A stretch of 64,000 nucleotides of DNA from Raillietiella orientalis. Lineage: Eukaryota. The notes beneath the pieces were generated by a model. It searched no databases and was not told where the DNA came from. It saw only the letters and a list, made by a program, of their open reading frames with translations. This document shows, piece by piece, positions 14,601-26,992 of this stretch. Each line of letters begins with the position of its first letter. The stretch's first letter is position 1. The stretch is taken from NCBI GenBank assembly GCA_036172245.1, contig JAYWIR010000035.1, forward strand, positions 434,001-498,000, in the 5' to 3' direction. Made by a program: the position numbers and the translations under genes.

Positions 14601-14652
14601 ACTTTCCGTTGACGTGATCATTTGGAGGAAAGCAAAAAGAATTGCACTCTAG
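2612..14652 (+). CDS. Oatp74D: Organic anion transporting polypeptide (SLCO/OATP, arthropod 74D-like), 5'-partial. Exons: 2612-2752, 2973-3104, 6269-6433, 13676-13868, 13932-14094, 14138-14357, 14402-14530, 14573-14652
   Basis: The spliced translation gives the OATP signature DPEWIGGWWLG, then VLHIIPIAGFYTFLPKYLEAQF, a Kazal-like loop CDTNCPCDKQYMPVCGSDGLSYYSPCIAAC, LRCVDSKDK, and YGSIIDQSCLVWDNICNSIGACKLY. All introns are GT-AG with matching phases. The symbol is a family-level best guess. Confidence 0.93.
3200..5960 (-). mobile_element. Decayed L1/Tx1-like LINE (ORF1, APE endonuclease and RT fragments) filling OATP intron 3105-6268
   Basis: On the minus strand in order: ORF1-like LEMEIRSSIPSEFLLKI plus a degenerate Cys/His knuckle (~5950-5650); APE-like GRSVTGNISAILVTHCLIS (~5020) and HHKLDQL (~4630); RT-like GGFPRYVLVRKESAILL and RRRLLNP (~3400-3250). 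Confidence 0.4.
6432..6562 (+). repeat. Two-copy tandem duplication (~66 bp unit) that includes the OATP splice donor
   Basis: AGGTACGA.AGCA....A.TGATTCACCATCTGCATCCG....GCCTTTGCGG.AGC occurs at 6432 and again at 6498. Confidence 0.9.
7150..8100 (-). mobile_element. Decayed LINE APE-endonuclease relic
   Basis: Minus-strand fragments SRILLFSLG, KVWDTL, HRKLDFIFS (~SRLDYIF.S) and ITNSNLLP (~WKLN.SLL) occur in APE order across frameshifts. Confidence 0.4.
10550..11750 (-). mobile_element. Decayed L1/Tx1-like LINE (end of ORF1 plus APE)
   Basis: ORF1-like EVIRNYGGKMGREQW...RVVVRI is followed by an APE N-terminus: RIRSRKF...HNLLRFLETH...RGLAFLL (~DII.LQETH...GVAIL), PGRYMC...LVPSS...LFFSR, and SRDRLSI. 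Confidence 0.55.
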
Positions 14653-15049
14653 AACTCGTAATCTCAGGAATTGGAAAATACGGATTGTAATCAATGCTCC
14701 AAATTTATTCAAAAGGAATAGTAATTAAATAATTGATGGAAAAAGCATCTCTCTCGTTGAAATGTTTAAAATACAGGTTTCTTGTAACCTTGCAGAGTTC
14801 ACGAAAAGCTCTTGAGCAAGCTCGGCTTCACTCGATTTTTTCGAATACAATCTTTTCTCATGAAAAGAATAGAGTTAACTTGACTGGCAGACAAGTTAGG
14901 GGCTAATTCCACTTTTAAAAGAAACCTTTTAAAACACTAGGCATTCATTTCGAAAAATCTTTGATTCATCTTTCGCATTCATCTTTTTCAAAAATGTTTC
15001 CGCAATCAAATTTTCACGTGTTATTATGCAGCTAATGGACTCGTAATTC

Positions 15050-15900
15050 TTATAGTATTACTCCCTTTCAGATATGATTAGATAACTTTTCGATGTTATC
15101 CGTAAAATCCAATGTGATACGAACTTCATGTAAACATTTTCACTATAACGAGCCGATTCCACGGTTGGAAAAAAAATTAAGGCCATAATAATAATAATCA
15201 TCCAGAACACTCTTGTGGTGAATAGGAATATAGTTTGTTCTAAGCAACTCATTCATCGCAGTAAACGCAAGATATGACTGTGGAACATTATAGTGTACGT
15301 GAAGATCAAAACAGCATCAATGGAAGTGCACCCGCCACCGCAAGGGAGTAGCGTTATGGAACGCAGGGGTCCCACCACATTCTTCACGAGCAAGCGCAGA
15401 ATCTGTTTGCTGAAAAGATTTGAAGTTCCTCCTCGAAAGAAGTTTGAAAACATAAAGGGAAATATAGCTGGGGAATAAATACGAGAAGAAGTATAAAATG
15501 CGTGAATTCGTGGAAAGGGGTAGCAGTGCACATCTCCAACTTTCCTGTTTTATTTTTCCAGATGGAGAGGGTTTGCTGCAACTGTGATAGCATCATGTAA
15601 TGCTGTTTTGCACGAGATGCAGCATTAGGCGATCTAGCGAAAGCTGGGCTTCAAAACTGCTTTAATTATTGCCTGTTTCTGCTTACGTAGTAAGCCTGCT
15701 ACGGTTTCCCCATACATTGGTGGTTTCCGACAAACTTTAGCAGCTTTGTGATCCAACTCCCGAGTTTTGAAAACATTCGGCTTGGCTTCTTGTTCGATGA
15801 ATAGTTACTTGGCAGTAAATCAACCAAATCAGATAGTCAAGTGTGTTTCGTTTGTTGGCGCATGCCTGAACACCTCACCAAAACTGCTTATTCTAGGGTT
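15050..15900 (-). mobile_element. Decayed non-LTR RT relic (CR1/L2/Jockey-type motif spacing) between the OATP and UGGT 3' ends
   Basis: YPFPR...RIYSPAIFPFMFSNFFR (~IPIPK...NYRPISL...SK.FE), GGGCTSIDAVL (~GRST.DA), FFPTVESARYSENV (~AFDTV.H..L..KL), ILRITSKSYLIISER (~L.W..SYL..R). Confidence 0.55.
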
Positions 15901-16621
15901 TCCGCAGTTCACTTTTGTCTTGGACCGTCTGTCTTGGACCCATTATAGACGCCAGATACTTGTTTTGGTTGTACTTTCCTGTCTTGCTGAATGTAAAGCA
16001 TGTCGAGGGCTACTATGGTTCATCACTGTTACCCCCACATACTGCTGCTCAATAAATGACTGAATAACATTCAGAAAAAGCATACCCACGTTTAAATAAG
16101 GATTTGGAGAGCAAACTTCAGCTGTGCTGATAAGCATAGATGCCCAATCACTGAACTGTTTGCAAAAAACTTATTCACTAGTCCAATTTTTTATTACGCT
16201 TTTTTATAAGTTCCTTATAAAAGTTCCCAAAGTAGTATTCACAAAGCCAATCTCTGAATCACGATAACTCTGTGAAGAATCCAATTTTTTAATTCCTCTA
16301 TATGCGAAAGCATTATATAAAATGCCCAAGTCATTTCGGAACCATGCATTTTTTAATTCTATAAGATTGATTCTGATTCGGACTGTTTCTACTATTCCCT
16401 GAATCATTTGGGCAATAAATATCCGAATATAATGAAAGCTTGCATTATTGTTTTCAATGAATATCTCTTATTTCTGCACTTTTGATACCTATTCTTAGAG
16501 TTTATTGTTTTGTGAACACAGTGTTTTACTTTGAATCAATCTTTTACAATAAACAACAAAAAAGAACCTCAATATGCTTGTTAAATATCACAGATACATA
16601 TGACTTCATCACAATGGATAT

Positions 16622-19600
16622 TCAAAGTTCAGTATGTGACATTTCTGCAAATCAAAATTTTTTAGTAAGCAACCAGAAACAAACCCTATTTATCATACTT
16701 TTTGTTTGTTCTACCGATGCATTTTCTGTTGCATTTGCTGATACTTTTTTGGAATGGAGGTTTTGGAGTTGCTTAATTTCCTTGTCATAATCCAACCATT
16801 CAGGAATAATTCTCATTGCAGCATCTAATTTTGCTTCTTTAGTCATAGGATTGTTGCACTAAAATAGTTAAAAATAAACAAATAAAGTAAAATAAATAAA
16901 TAAAATTTAAAATAAGCACATCGACATTCAATGATTACCAAATCAATAGTTTTTGCATATTGCTTTGAGGCATCATCACACCAGGTCTCACACCATAGCC
17001 ATTCTTGAGGTAGAGATTTAATGGTAACTTGGTGTATCATATTATTGGGTAAATCTTGATCCAAGTTTGAAAGTGAATTTGGATCTTGACTAAGACCTTG
17101 ATATTGACCTCTTAAACGATCACCAGCAGCAATGTGACGGAACTTTTTCAAGTCAACTACATACAAAGCACTAATATGATAAGGTCGATGCCCTAAGTGG
17201 CTTTTCCAATAGCCAGATTTCCAAAACCTGAGTCAAATTCAGAGAATTAGAAGTTCATTTCATTTAAGAATACATATGTACCTATAGCCATCCATTTCTC
17301 TCCGACTATCACAGAAGGGTGTGTATCCATATGGTGCTCCACCAAGATCAAATTCCATAAGTTCTTTCATATCTGCACGAACCACTTGGTCTGCATCCAC
17401 AAAAATAATTTTTTTTACATCAAGAGGGAAAAGAACATCAAGAAACAAAATTTTATATCCCCATATAATTCTCTGTTTCTCAGTTTGCTGAAGTAACCAG
17501 CGAGGCCACTTATATTGCACTAATTCATACTGAAATCCATAAACTTGAGCCATATATGGCAAAAAATCCTGTGAAAAATTCCCAAATGCAAGTTCTCGTG
17601 TTGTGAATAGCTTACCTTAAATGTTGGAGATATAAAATTCTTCAGGAACCAGAATTTGACAGGAGTTTTTGTATGTTTCAGTACTGATAACATCATAATA
17701 CGCAAGAATCTTTCATAGAGGTGACCAGATGCAACAGAGAATATATTGATTGCATCATTTTCCTGTTGACTTTTAACTCTCAAGGAGCTATGCAATAAGT
17801 TTCAGGACGTGTAGCAACATTTATACAAAAAACATCAATGGCAATAAGTACCTTGTAATGGAGTTCCATAAGCCAGGATGAGGTTCATCCTGCAGCAACT
17901 CTTCATGACGTTTATCATATTTTTTCATCACTTTTACGCGAATTACATGGCTCTTAAACGAACTAATCACAACTTGAACACCTTTGCCTTCAGTCTGCAC
18001 ACCAGTTCCTTCATAACTGAAAAAGGACAAGCTTGATGCATTTAACATACTAACGCACTTCACTATATCGTAGATATCCGCTGATCTGCCTTCTCTGAGT
18101 TCCAAGTTCCATAAGCCTGGATTAGCTTTCAGTTGAAAATAACCAAGATTAGCCATCACAATTGTGTCCACTTGCACAGGATTCTGACTTGTTCCCAGTG
18201 TGAACTGAAGACCACGAGGAGGATTGCCAGTTTGTTGATCAAAACAGTGTCCCTCTAACAGCAAATGTTCCAATTCAAAAACGCTAAATAAAACAAGATT
18301 GTTGTACTGCACTTTGCTCCATTACCTATGTACAACACTGTCCACATCAGACAAATAAATATTATCCAAATCATAAGCACTTTGAACCACCTCAACAAGC
18401 CAATTATCTGGAACATGCATATGGAGAGTCAGGAGTGCATTGGGGGGCATATTCGCAAATGTAGCAAATGGGCCTCGAACAGCATTATCGAAAAATCTCA
18501 CCTCAGGTTCAAGTACAAAACGGTAAAAACTAAAGTGCAAATATAAGCATTTAATAGATAGCAAGTTACCTTTTCAGAGGCACTTCACTGTGCTTGACTT
18601 GAGGATTTAATACAATAGAAAAGTCACCATTGATCACCTGCCATAGAACTGAAAGAATTGAGGACAATTTCTGTGCCCCACGTGATAAGGGATCCACAAT
18701 GGCAGTTACATCAAATGTTGAAACTCCTTTCTGTTCATGCTGTAGATGCATAACGCTGAAAACAATATCACATAAAGCAAAACGAAAATTTCATTTCATA
18801 CCTATGCTTAGTTTGCAACTCAGGTAATTTATGTCGAGGTTTAGAAGATGGGTTAGATAAGATCAGAGAAGATAATATTGGGATCAATAAATTCATATCT
18901 TTTTTTGATGAGTCAGCATCAGCAAGCACTGAAATCATTAAATTACAAAACAAATATGTCATTTTCAAGCACCTTTAGCTTCTAATAATGATGTCAATTT
19001 CTTAGTAATTTGTGAGTCCAGCAATTTTTCGATTAAATGAAAGTCATTTTCAGCAAAATGCAAGACATCTGAGTTGAATGGTCCAAATACCCTTCCATTG
19101 GCCACAACACCCCAAGTGTCTTTAGGAAAAAGCAGCGCTTTATTTATGAGTGCATGATGAACGAGAAGAAAATGCAGACTCTCATTTTCAATCAAATTCT
19201 CCATAAATGACATATTGACATCCTAACAACATGTACTGTAGCCAACCACGGCATGTGAATGAAATCTGCCCCTACTTACAAGAGTGTGCAAATCGGCCAT
19301 TCGTGTATTTCCAGCTAGTATGGATAAGGCAGTTGACTCTTTAAAAAGCTCGAATAAGAATTTCAACCTCTGGTCCATAGGCAAATGTTTCATCCCCACA
19401 TGCATAGTTGTAAGGAAATATTCTTCTTCTGTATGCAGATGTTTGGGAATGTTGAGTACAAAAACCATCCGAACAGAATAGGAATTTTTCTAACAGACAG
19501 AAAGAGAAAAAGAAAAAAACTTAACTGGAATTCAGTGTTTTCATACCACATGTGAAAGAGCTGCTAATATTAATGCACGATGTGCTGCATCTAGTGGATT

Positions 19601-22600
19601 TACTACAAGCCATAAGTGATGTGATCGTATTTTTGGTGCTTCAGAAGATAATTCTAGATAAGGGAATGTATGCATAATTGTCATAATCAGATCAACTGTA
19701 TTGGCAGTTTGCAGATCATCTATGGAACTATCAAGATGGTGGCCGCCACAGAGATCGACAAAACGAGGCTGCAAATCATTCAAAATGTGTTCATTGAGTC
19801 TAAAATAAATATTAACAAGCAAGACCATGTATACCCAGATTATAAATGTAGGACATATAACAATCCATAAAACAATAAACACTGTAATTTTACCTTGGTA
19901 AAACATGTGGCTGGCTCAAAAAAAAATCAAGTACATCATCTGCATCATTCAATTCATGTTTTGAAAGAGATTGTGTCAGTGATCTCGTAATTTTTGATAA
20001 ATAACTAAAAATGGTTTCCTCAAAGGCATCAGCTTTTATTTGCTTTTCAGTCAAGGGTACTCCATTAATCAATACCTGGAAGCTGTTTATTAATAAGAAA
20101 CACACTATTGACCCAGGCTAGCAATACCTTTGGAAATTTGCTAATTCCTACACGTTGCAAAAAATCCTTTGCAAGTTGACGCCCATAATCATAATCAGAA
20201 TCCACACCAAAGACTTCTTCCAAATCGGTATTCGGAAACTGGGACTGGAAATGATTCAACAAATCTGAAACCTGAACTGGTTTATCTTTTGAGCTGGCAT
20301 AAATCTAGACCAAAATTAATGATGAATTATGAATCATCACTCTAACTTCAGTCAGGAATCCTAAGGCATCCTGTGCACTTTTTGTTTCAGTTATATAATT
20401 GAAAGCTTCTATGAATGCAACTCCCACATCTTTCTTGCCAATTACGTTAACATCATGACTGACAGCAAACACAAAGCCTATACGCAAAGGAAAACGATTT
20501 ACGTAAAAGGATTCCAACAATTTCACTAAATCAAAAGATGCTGGATCAGATGGATTAAGAATCAACACCTGGATAATTTTTAGCTCATAAAACTTTTTTC
20601 TTAGCAGGCAACTCACCACATGGTAAATGTTCCGTCTTACTGGACGAAGCATACCAGGAAAAAGAGGCTGGAGCAATACTTTCAAAGATGATGGCCACAT
20701 GGAATAAAAGTCATCTACTTCAATATTGTTGATATATTGTACAGCACTATCGCGGAAATCCAGTGCAAATTCTTCTTGATCATCCTGTGTACTTAATTGC
20801 AACAACTGCTTTAGAATAGACTGACTTAATCCTGAGAGATTTTTATCTTACATGTACACTTCAACATTGTGGATCAAGAGAACATACCCAATTTGTGCAC
20901 AGATTCCATGATATGCAATTCATTACGGATGAATTCAAATAAAGTAGACATATCTAATGACTCAACATCAAAATAAACACCATTGACAAACAAAGCAGCT
21001 TCAAATGGAGATAGATTAAGCTCTTCAGAGAGAATTCTTTGGTTTTGTACAATTTCATTTTTGCGCTGTGGACTAACAATTGTTTTGACTAGTGACCTTG
21101 CCTGGAAGAAAAAAAATTGCCATTGAATTACTGTTACTTTGCTTTGATTTTCAAAGTTACCAACCAGTAAAGGGAAGTTCTGGCTCAGAGTTGCTAATTC
21201 CTTCAAAACAAGTTCTGATGAGGAACTCATGATCCTCTCTACTGCTTGCAAACCCAGATCCTGTAGCTCCCAAATCTTCAAAGATGCAATTTCATTAGTT
21301 GATTCAATCAAGAGTTTCCTAAGTTCATCTAAATTTGACTGTTTCTCAGGGTAAAGTTTCCTAAAAATAATCACCTAATTTGAATCAAATATTTAATAAG
21401 CACACATGCCAAATGGCAGATGAATTCAATGGAAATCTGCCCTTCATGAATACAATCTTAACCACCAAATATAAGCTCCCAAATTAAAATGTAAGCTTAT
21501 CAGCAACTTAGTATATGTGTAATGTGACAAAACGTAATTAATTAATAAATTTAGCTAATTACAATGATAGTGTGAATCATTTATATGCATACAAGAGAAT
21601 TTACATTCTTGTCTACATTCGAACTTTTGACACTTAGGATTCTATAATCAGACAACATCCCTACAATAAATAAGTAGAGCAGGCAGTAGGAATATAAATT
21701 GAAACTAGTAGCATAAAACAAATAACTTTAAAAGAACGACTTGGAAAAGCAACAAATATCAGTTGTTATCAATTTGGTATCATTCATGGTTTAATATACA
21801 AAATATCAAACCTTAATTTCTCAAATATGAAACCTTCAATTTCATCCTCTTCTTGTCTCCCAGATAAGTTCTCTTCTTTTACATTAACTTTTGTATCATC
21901 TTGAGCTCTGTATTCTGTAGACTTTATGGCTAACTCTACACCATAACCAGATAGCCAGACCTTTCTATTGGGAATTTCCTAATAATAGCATGAATATGAT
22001 CATCACTGGCATAAATCTTAAACTGCTACATAAAAAACTAACATGGACTCTGAATTCAAGTAAAAAAGAAATATTAATAACACTTCATTAAATTTGCAAC
22101 AAACCTCCCGAAACAAATTTAATAAATTCACACAGTTAAAAATTCTCATTTGCAATTTTCTATAAAGATATGATCACAAAATCCTAAGAATAAATGAAAA
22201 CTTACTGTAGGTACTAAGCGATATACGTAGTTGACATCTCCTCTTTGTGCTAACTCTTTTAAATAATTATGTGCTTCAAGAAAGCCTGCAGCATTTAATG
22301 CACTATAAAGTATAATCCTAAAAGGAGCATTTTCACTTCCAGGATACTGATGATCAACTGCTAGTATTGAAGGATTTTGTTTACGAGCATCAAATTTTGG
22401 TATCTCTGTTATATTGCAAATAATGTGCCCATAAACATCAAGTGCTACTGAGCACTCTTCGGGAATCTTCCTATCTTCAACTATTTTTCTAGACATTTCT
22501 ACTTGGGCGGAATACAGTCTAAGGGACAAAGCAAATTTTAGCAAACTCAATTTGCTATCGCTTAAGTGATTCCGTGCAAAGGGTAAAATAAAATTATTGT

Positions 22601-22884
22601 AAACATCCTCCTCATTTTCTAGGGTAGATTTTTTTTTTTTTTTTAAACCCAATTGTATGCATAATTGCAAACTTACTCATATCCTTATTTTTAACATACG
22701 TCGCTGCCTGCTCAATGAATAACCAATAGAAGCTTTTATTTTCATCACCTAAGAATTCTGCAGCTTCTAGTAACAGTGATGTGTACTTCCATTTTGCAAG
22801 CAGCACTGTACTAACTGACTTTGACGACTCTCTTTGAAGGGACAGAGGATAAAACAGACACAAAACGAAAATCTGCTTTATCAT
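16622..22884 (-). CDS. UGGT: UDP-glucose:glycoprotein glucosyltransferase, complete, 22 exons, 1514 aa
   Basis: Signal peptide [66 protein letters not shown]24 domain with [58 protein letters not shown] and WLWCETWC; C-terminal HTEL. The 21 GT-AG introns are all phase-consistent and the exons sum to 4545 nt. Confidence 0.97.
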
Positions 22885-23096
22885 AATGCATCACATGGAA
22901 CCTTGTGTTCAATGTAAATTGTTCATGTCAATCACCGCGTCCAATGTTACTCGAAGGATAAATAAAAAATGGAAGCATCTGATGAGTCACTTTTACACCA
23001 TAAGCCAACATGTGGCATGAGCATACCAAACATCTGTTCCTACAGCAGAGTTACCAAGAGATCCAGGAAAGCTTACGCAGGGTTTATAGTTACATA

Positions 23097-24781
23097 AATC
23101 ACCGCGATTAGTTATTTGCAGTCGGTTCCTTTTTTTAGTTAACAGATTTGGGATTGCACTGAACCCCTCAATTTCCACTAAATTTGGTGGGGGAAATACA
23201 ATTAGAAACTTCTGTACTATGGCATATAATCCAGGATAGTGTGGGTACCTGCTTTTGAAGCCAAAATTGTTGGTAGCCCTCTTTGAATTTAAATTTCAAT
23301 CCATCATTTGTTCTTAGTTCTATCAGTTCATCTTGTAATTTTGGAGATTATCCTGTATCAGTACTCGAAAAGGGATCCTAAACCCAATCAAGTATGTTCA
23401 CATTGAGAACATCTTCAAATCGTTGATTTAAGTTAGAATGGAGAGCCTCTGCGTTCTGACAATAGGTAAAAAATTTTTCATCGTGTTTTCCTAATGTTGA
23501 TCAATTTGGAAATTGGCTGGATTTCCCACGTCCGAAATTTCGTTTGTACACAAAAAGTTTCGCCGAAAAACGCAGAAATAACGGTTTTTGTTTTGATTAA
23601 GTTCAGCTCATCGCCTTGGAACTATAGATCTGTTTCATTAAATTTATTAAACAAGTCTGTCAAATAAGCTATGCCATTTTTGAATTCAATAGTGTTGAGT
23701 CGTACAGCCTTATCATGTTTTTCTAGGAACTCTAGCACAGATTCAAAGAGTTTATAAAACTGATCCAAACAGGCACCTTTAACAGGTGAAGAAGCAGCAA
23801 ACGATTGGAGTCTTCATCGTTTTCAATACAAAGCTGTCTAAACGTTCTATCATTCAAGGAACTGCTTCTAATTTTGTTCGTTGCTTTAATGACATAATAT
23901 AATGATCTATTTAGGCGATCACTCAGATTTTTGTCAACTAAATGTTGACAATGAATGACACAGGGCACAGATAATGCATTTGGTACCTCTTTTTTTAAGT
24001 ATGCAAGAAAGTCGCTGTGGCGCCCTGTCATCGTTAGAGCACCATCAGTAGCAGTTGAAAGATATTACTCAGGGGAATTTTTTGTTCTTTAAAAAACTCT
24101 TTCAATGTATGATATATTGATTCTCCTTTAGTTTGCAAATTTTTAGCAAATAATAATTCTTGGCCAATTTTTTTCTTTTATGAATCTCACGTATACTAAA
24201 AGTAAGGCTTCATTTGCTGGCAAAGTTGACTCATCAAGCTGTATAGAGAACTGGGATGTTTTTAAATACCCACATAATGAGTCTTCAACATTTTGAGACA
24301 TTTCATCAATTCTTCTTTGCACTGTATTATTGCTCAAAGAAATTTCCGTGGTAATATCAGATGATGGCCTGTATAGCACAGTGCTTATTACCTCACTTAT
24401 AGCTGGTAGAATTAGTTCTTCGCCAATAGTCTGTGGTTTTCCCGATTTAGTAAAGAAATGTTGTAAGAAGCACGCAATCCACCCTGTTTGGATGCTATCG
24501 ACAAGAGTTTTTCCAATGTCGGCTGTCTGTTTTCCTTAATTACTTGAAACTTAGGTAAAACTTTATCCTTTTTATCAGCTTGAACTTTTGTCATGTATTC
24601 TAGTCGTCTTGAAGGTTTCATGGCGTCATTTTATCAAATGATCCATAAGCCTTTAGTTATTAAACTTTTTGGCAAATCAGGCACATCGGTAATGTGTTGT
24701 TTGTAGGCGACTGGATGAACCCATAGTTGAAATATTCAATATTATATTGTGCACGTTTTGTCTTAGGTTTTGCCTTGCCAT
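23097..24781 (-). mobile_element. hAT (Buster/Charlie, ZBED8/SCAND3-like) transposase pseudogene with frameshifts
   Basis: BED-finger start QYNIEYFNYGFI...PMCLICQK...NDAMKPSR; ISLSNNTVQRRIDEM; FSIQLDEST; DGALTMTGRHS; CVIHCQHL; LLTKKRNRLQITNRGDL. There are multiple stops and frameshifts, and I did not recognise TIRs. Confidence 0.9.
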
Positions 24782-25299
24782 TTCTCTTAAATCACAAAAA
24801 TTGCTCTGCAAACATTGTATTTTTTCAATAAAATCTTTAATTCTCCGTTATGTTCATTCATTTAAAAATTCATTTTAACTATATGCATTAGGAAATGCTG
24901 ATATTTATGCATATTGACATTCTTAAAAATCAAGTGGTTATTCTCTCTCCTCAGTAGTGTAGAGTCCACTCTTTCTGTGCATATGAACTTTTCAGAAAAG
25001 TCAAATAGTCGAAAATAACAATTTGATCAATTCTCCTTATTCCGCTTGGAAGAATCGGTTATTAACTTTCTTTGAGAGTATTGGTAGAACTAACGAATTT
25101 TGCGATGTAATCAATTTCTGAAAGTTTAAAGAATTTTTTGTATTTGCGGCAGGAAGAGCAGTCTTCTTTTTATGAAAGTTCAAGTTTCTTATTGTGACAG
25201 CATTTTTCAGTGTTTGTGAAGAAATGTAGCTAAATCATTATCAAAATTGCTATTGATTAATTGTCAATGTTTTTATTATTAATTTTCGGCCAACGTTGA

Positions 25300-25700
25300 A
25301 AAACTTTCTCTTTTTTCCAGAAAAACTTCCTATATTCCTGATGTTGCTTTTAACCCTTAACCTTGGCATGCTTGTTTATCGAAGTGATTTTTCTTTGAAG
25401 ATTAATTCTAAAGGCTTACACTGTAATAGTTTTAGATCCTTAAAGGGTTCCAGCTTTTTAAAATGAATTTTCACTGAAAATGTGCATGCTTAAAGTATTC
25501 ATTTTTCAGTTTAGCCGCGTTTTAAGACCCCTTTCAGATTTAGCTCAGGTGCTGCAGAGTAAGCAGTCTAGGATATATAAAGATTTAAAGTATATTGACT
25601 CACATTACGAACAATTTGATTTTGTTTTTCAAAACAAGATGACTATTTTAGATAAGTACCATACTCTTTAGATTTATGATCATAATTAATATTACGCGTA
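25300..25700 (+). mobile_element. Old hAT transposase fragment (ZMYM1/Tip100-like)
   Basis: FSRVLRPLSDLAQVLQSKQSRIYKDLKYI resembles the IL..T..LS..LQ.K..D helix of these transposases. Confidence 0.4.
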
Positions 25701-26992
25701 TAAATTCTCTAGTTCAGAAATTAAAAGTCCTCTGCTGAAATTCGCGAACACAGACTTTTCGAGAAGTTTACTTCTGCTGCTATAATCTTTCATGATTGAA
25801 CCGAAAGTCTGTAATTATATTCCGGTATTCCGAATCCCAACGGATACTTAACATCAGCAGAGTAAACTTGAAATTCAGCTAAATACATATTCTGATTCTG
25901 ATGGAAAATAAAATTTTGCACTTTTTAAACATATGAATTAGTAAACCTTTTTCCATTAGCTTCATCTTCATTATTTCTAGAACTTCACTTGTTTCACTTG
26001 CTTGTCGCTTATGATCACTTGCATAATCTTTATACCTTCTATCATTGATGTGTTTTTGCGAGCTTTCTCGAATGAAGGTTTTTAAAATGATATTTAAAAA
26101 TTTCCATGAATTTCTTTTTATTAATTATAATGATTTTTAATACCTTGCATTAATGTGAAATTAAAAAGAGTCATCAAAAATAAAAAAATAGAAACAAGTT
26201 CAGAAACTTGCAGGATGAAAATCATCCTCTCAGAATATAAATATAGAATTTATAAATTTCAATAAATCCCAAATTCCCATTCAACGAGATTTGTGTGATA
26301 TTAAGGTTGCTATTCATAAGCTTATTCCTGAGCTGACTATAAATATCTGAAACCCACTGATACTAGATCAAGGCAATCACTTTAAAAAGTCATAAAATTT
26401 AGTGAGAAAATTATGCTGCAAAAAGAATTGTGGTTATTCAATAGAGTATGAAACCTGAAGTGCATGATCAATGAATACATTGAGTTGCCATTTAATCTTT
26501 TTCCTAAAAAAATCTCCAACTCAGTTTCAGTTTCAACTTTGATTATAGGTTGTGATTAATAATTTTCCTTTTTGATTTCATTTTTCTATGACGAATTTTC
26601 AAGTTGATCGAGTTTCGAGAGTCAAATATTTTCAAAAAATTAAAATTCTTTGCTGTGTAAGAAACCTGGCTAGCGTGTATCATAATTTATCTTTTGGACA
26701 CATGTTGTGCAACCTTTTGGCCGGTTTTTTAAACTTAAGCGTGTAGCCATAGGTATTTGGTTTTTATAATGCAGTCACATATGTGGATCAAATTAAAAAA
26801 GAATCTCACACATGCATACTGTGGAAGTGATTTTGTTCGATTTTTTTCAGCTTCCTTGTGAGTACTTCTAATATGTAGGAATGAAGCAGTCTTTTATGGA
26901 AAACATTGTATAAGGTTGGGAATGTGCATGTACTCTAAATGGAAATGTAACAGTGTTTTCAGATGTATTTAGAGAATTGTGCCTTCTGAAAT

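Noticed and set aside
14650..14661. Possible TAA/TAG codon reassignment
   Set aside because: There are no internal TAA/TAG codons in more than 2500 codons of UGGT, M3 and kinase exons, and those genes end normally in TGA, TAG and TAA.
22920..22995. CCAAT and TGAGTCA upstream of UGGT as ER-stress or AP-1 elements
   Set aside because: There is no full ERSE (CCAAT-N9-CCACG) or ERSE-II match. Such short motifs arise by chance and the TSS is unknown.
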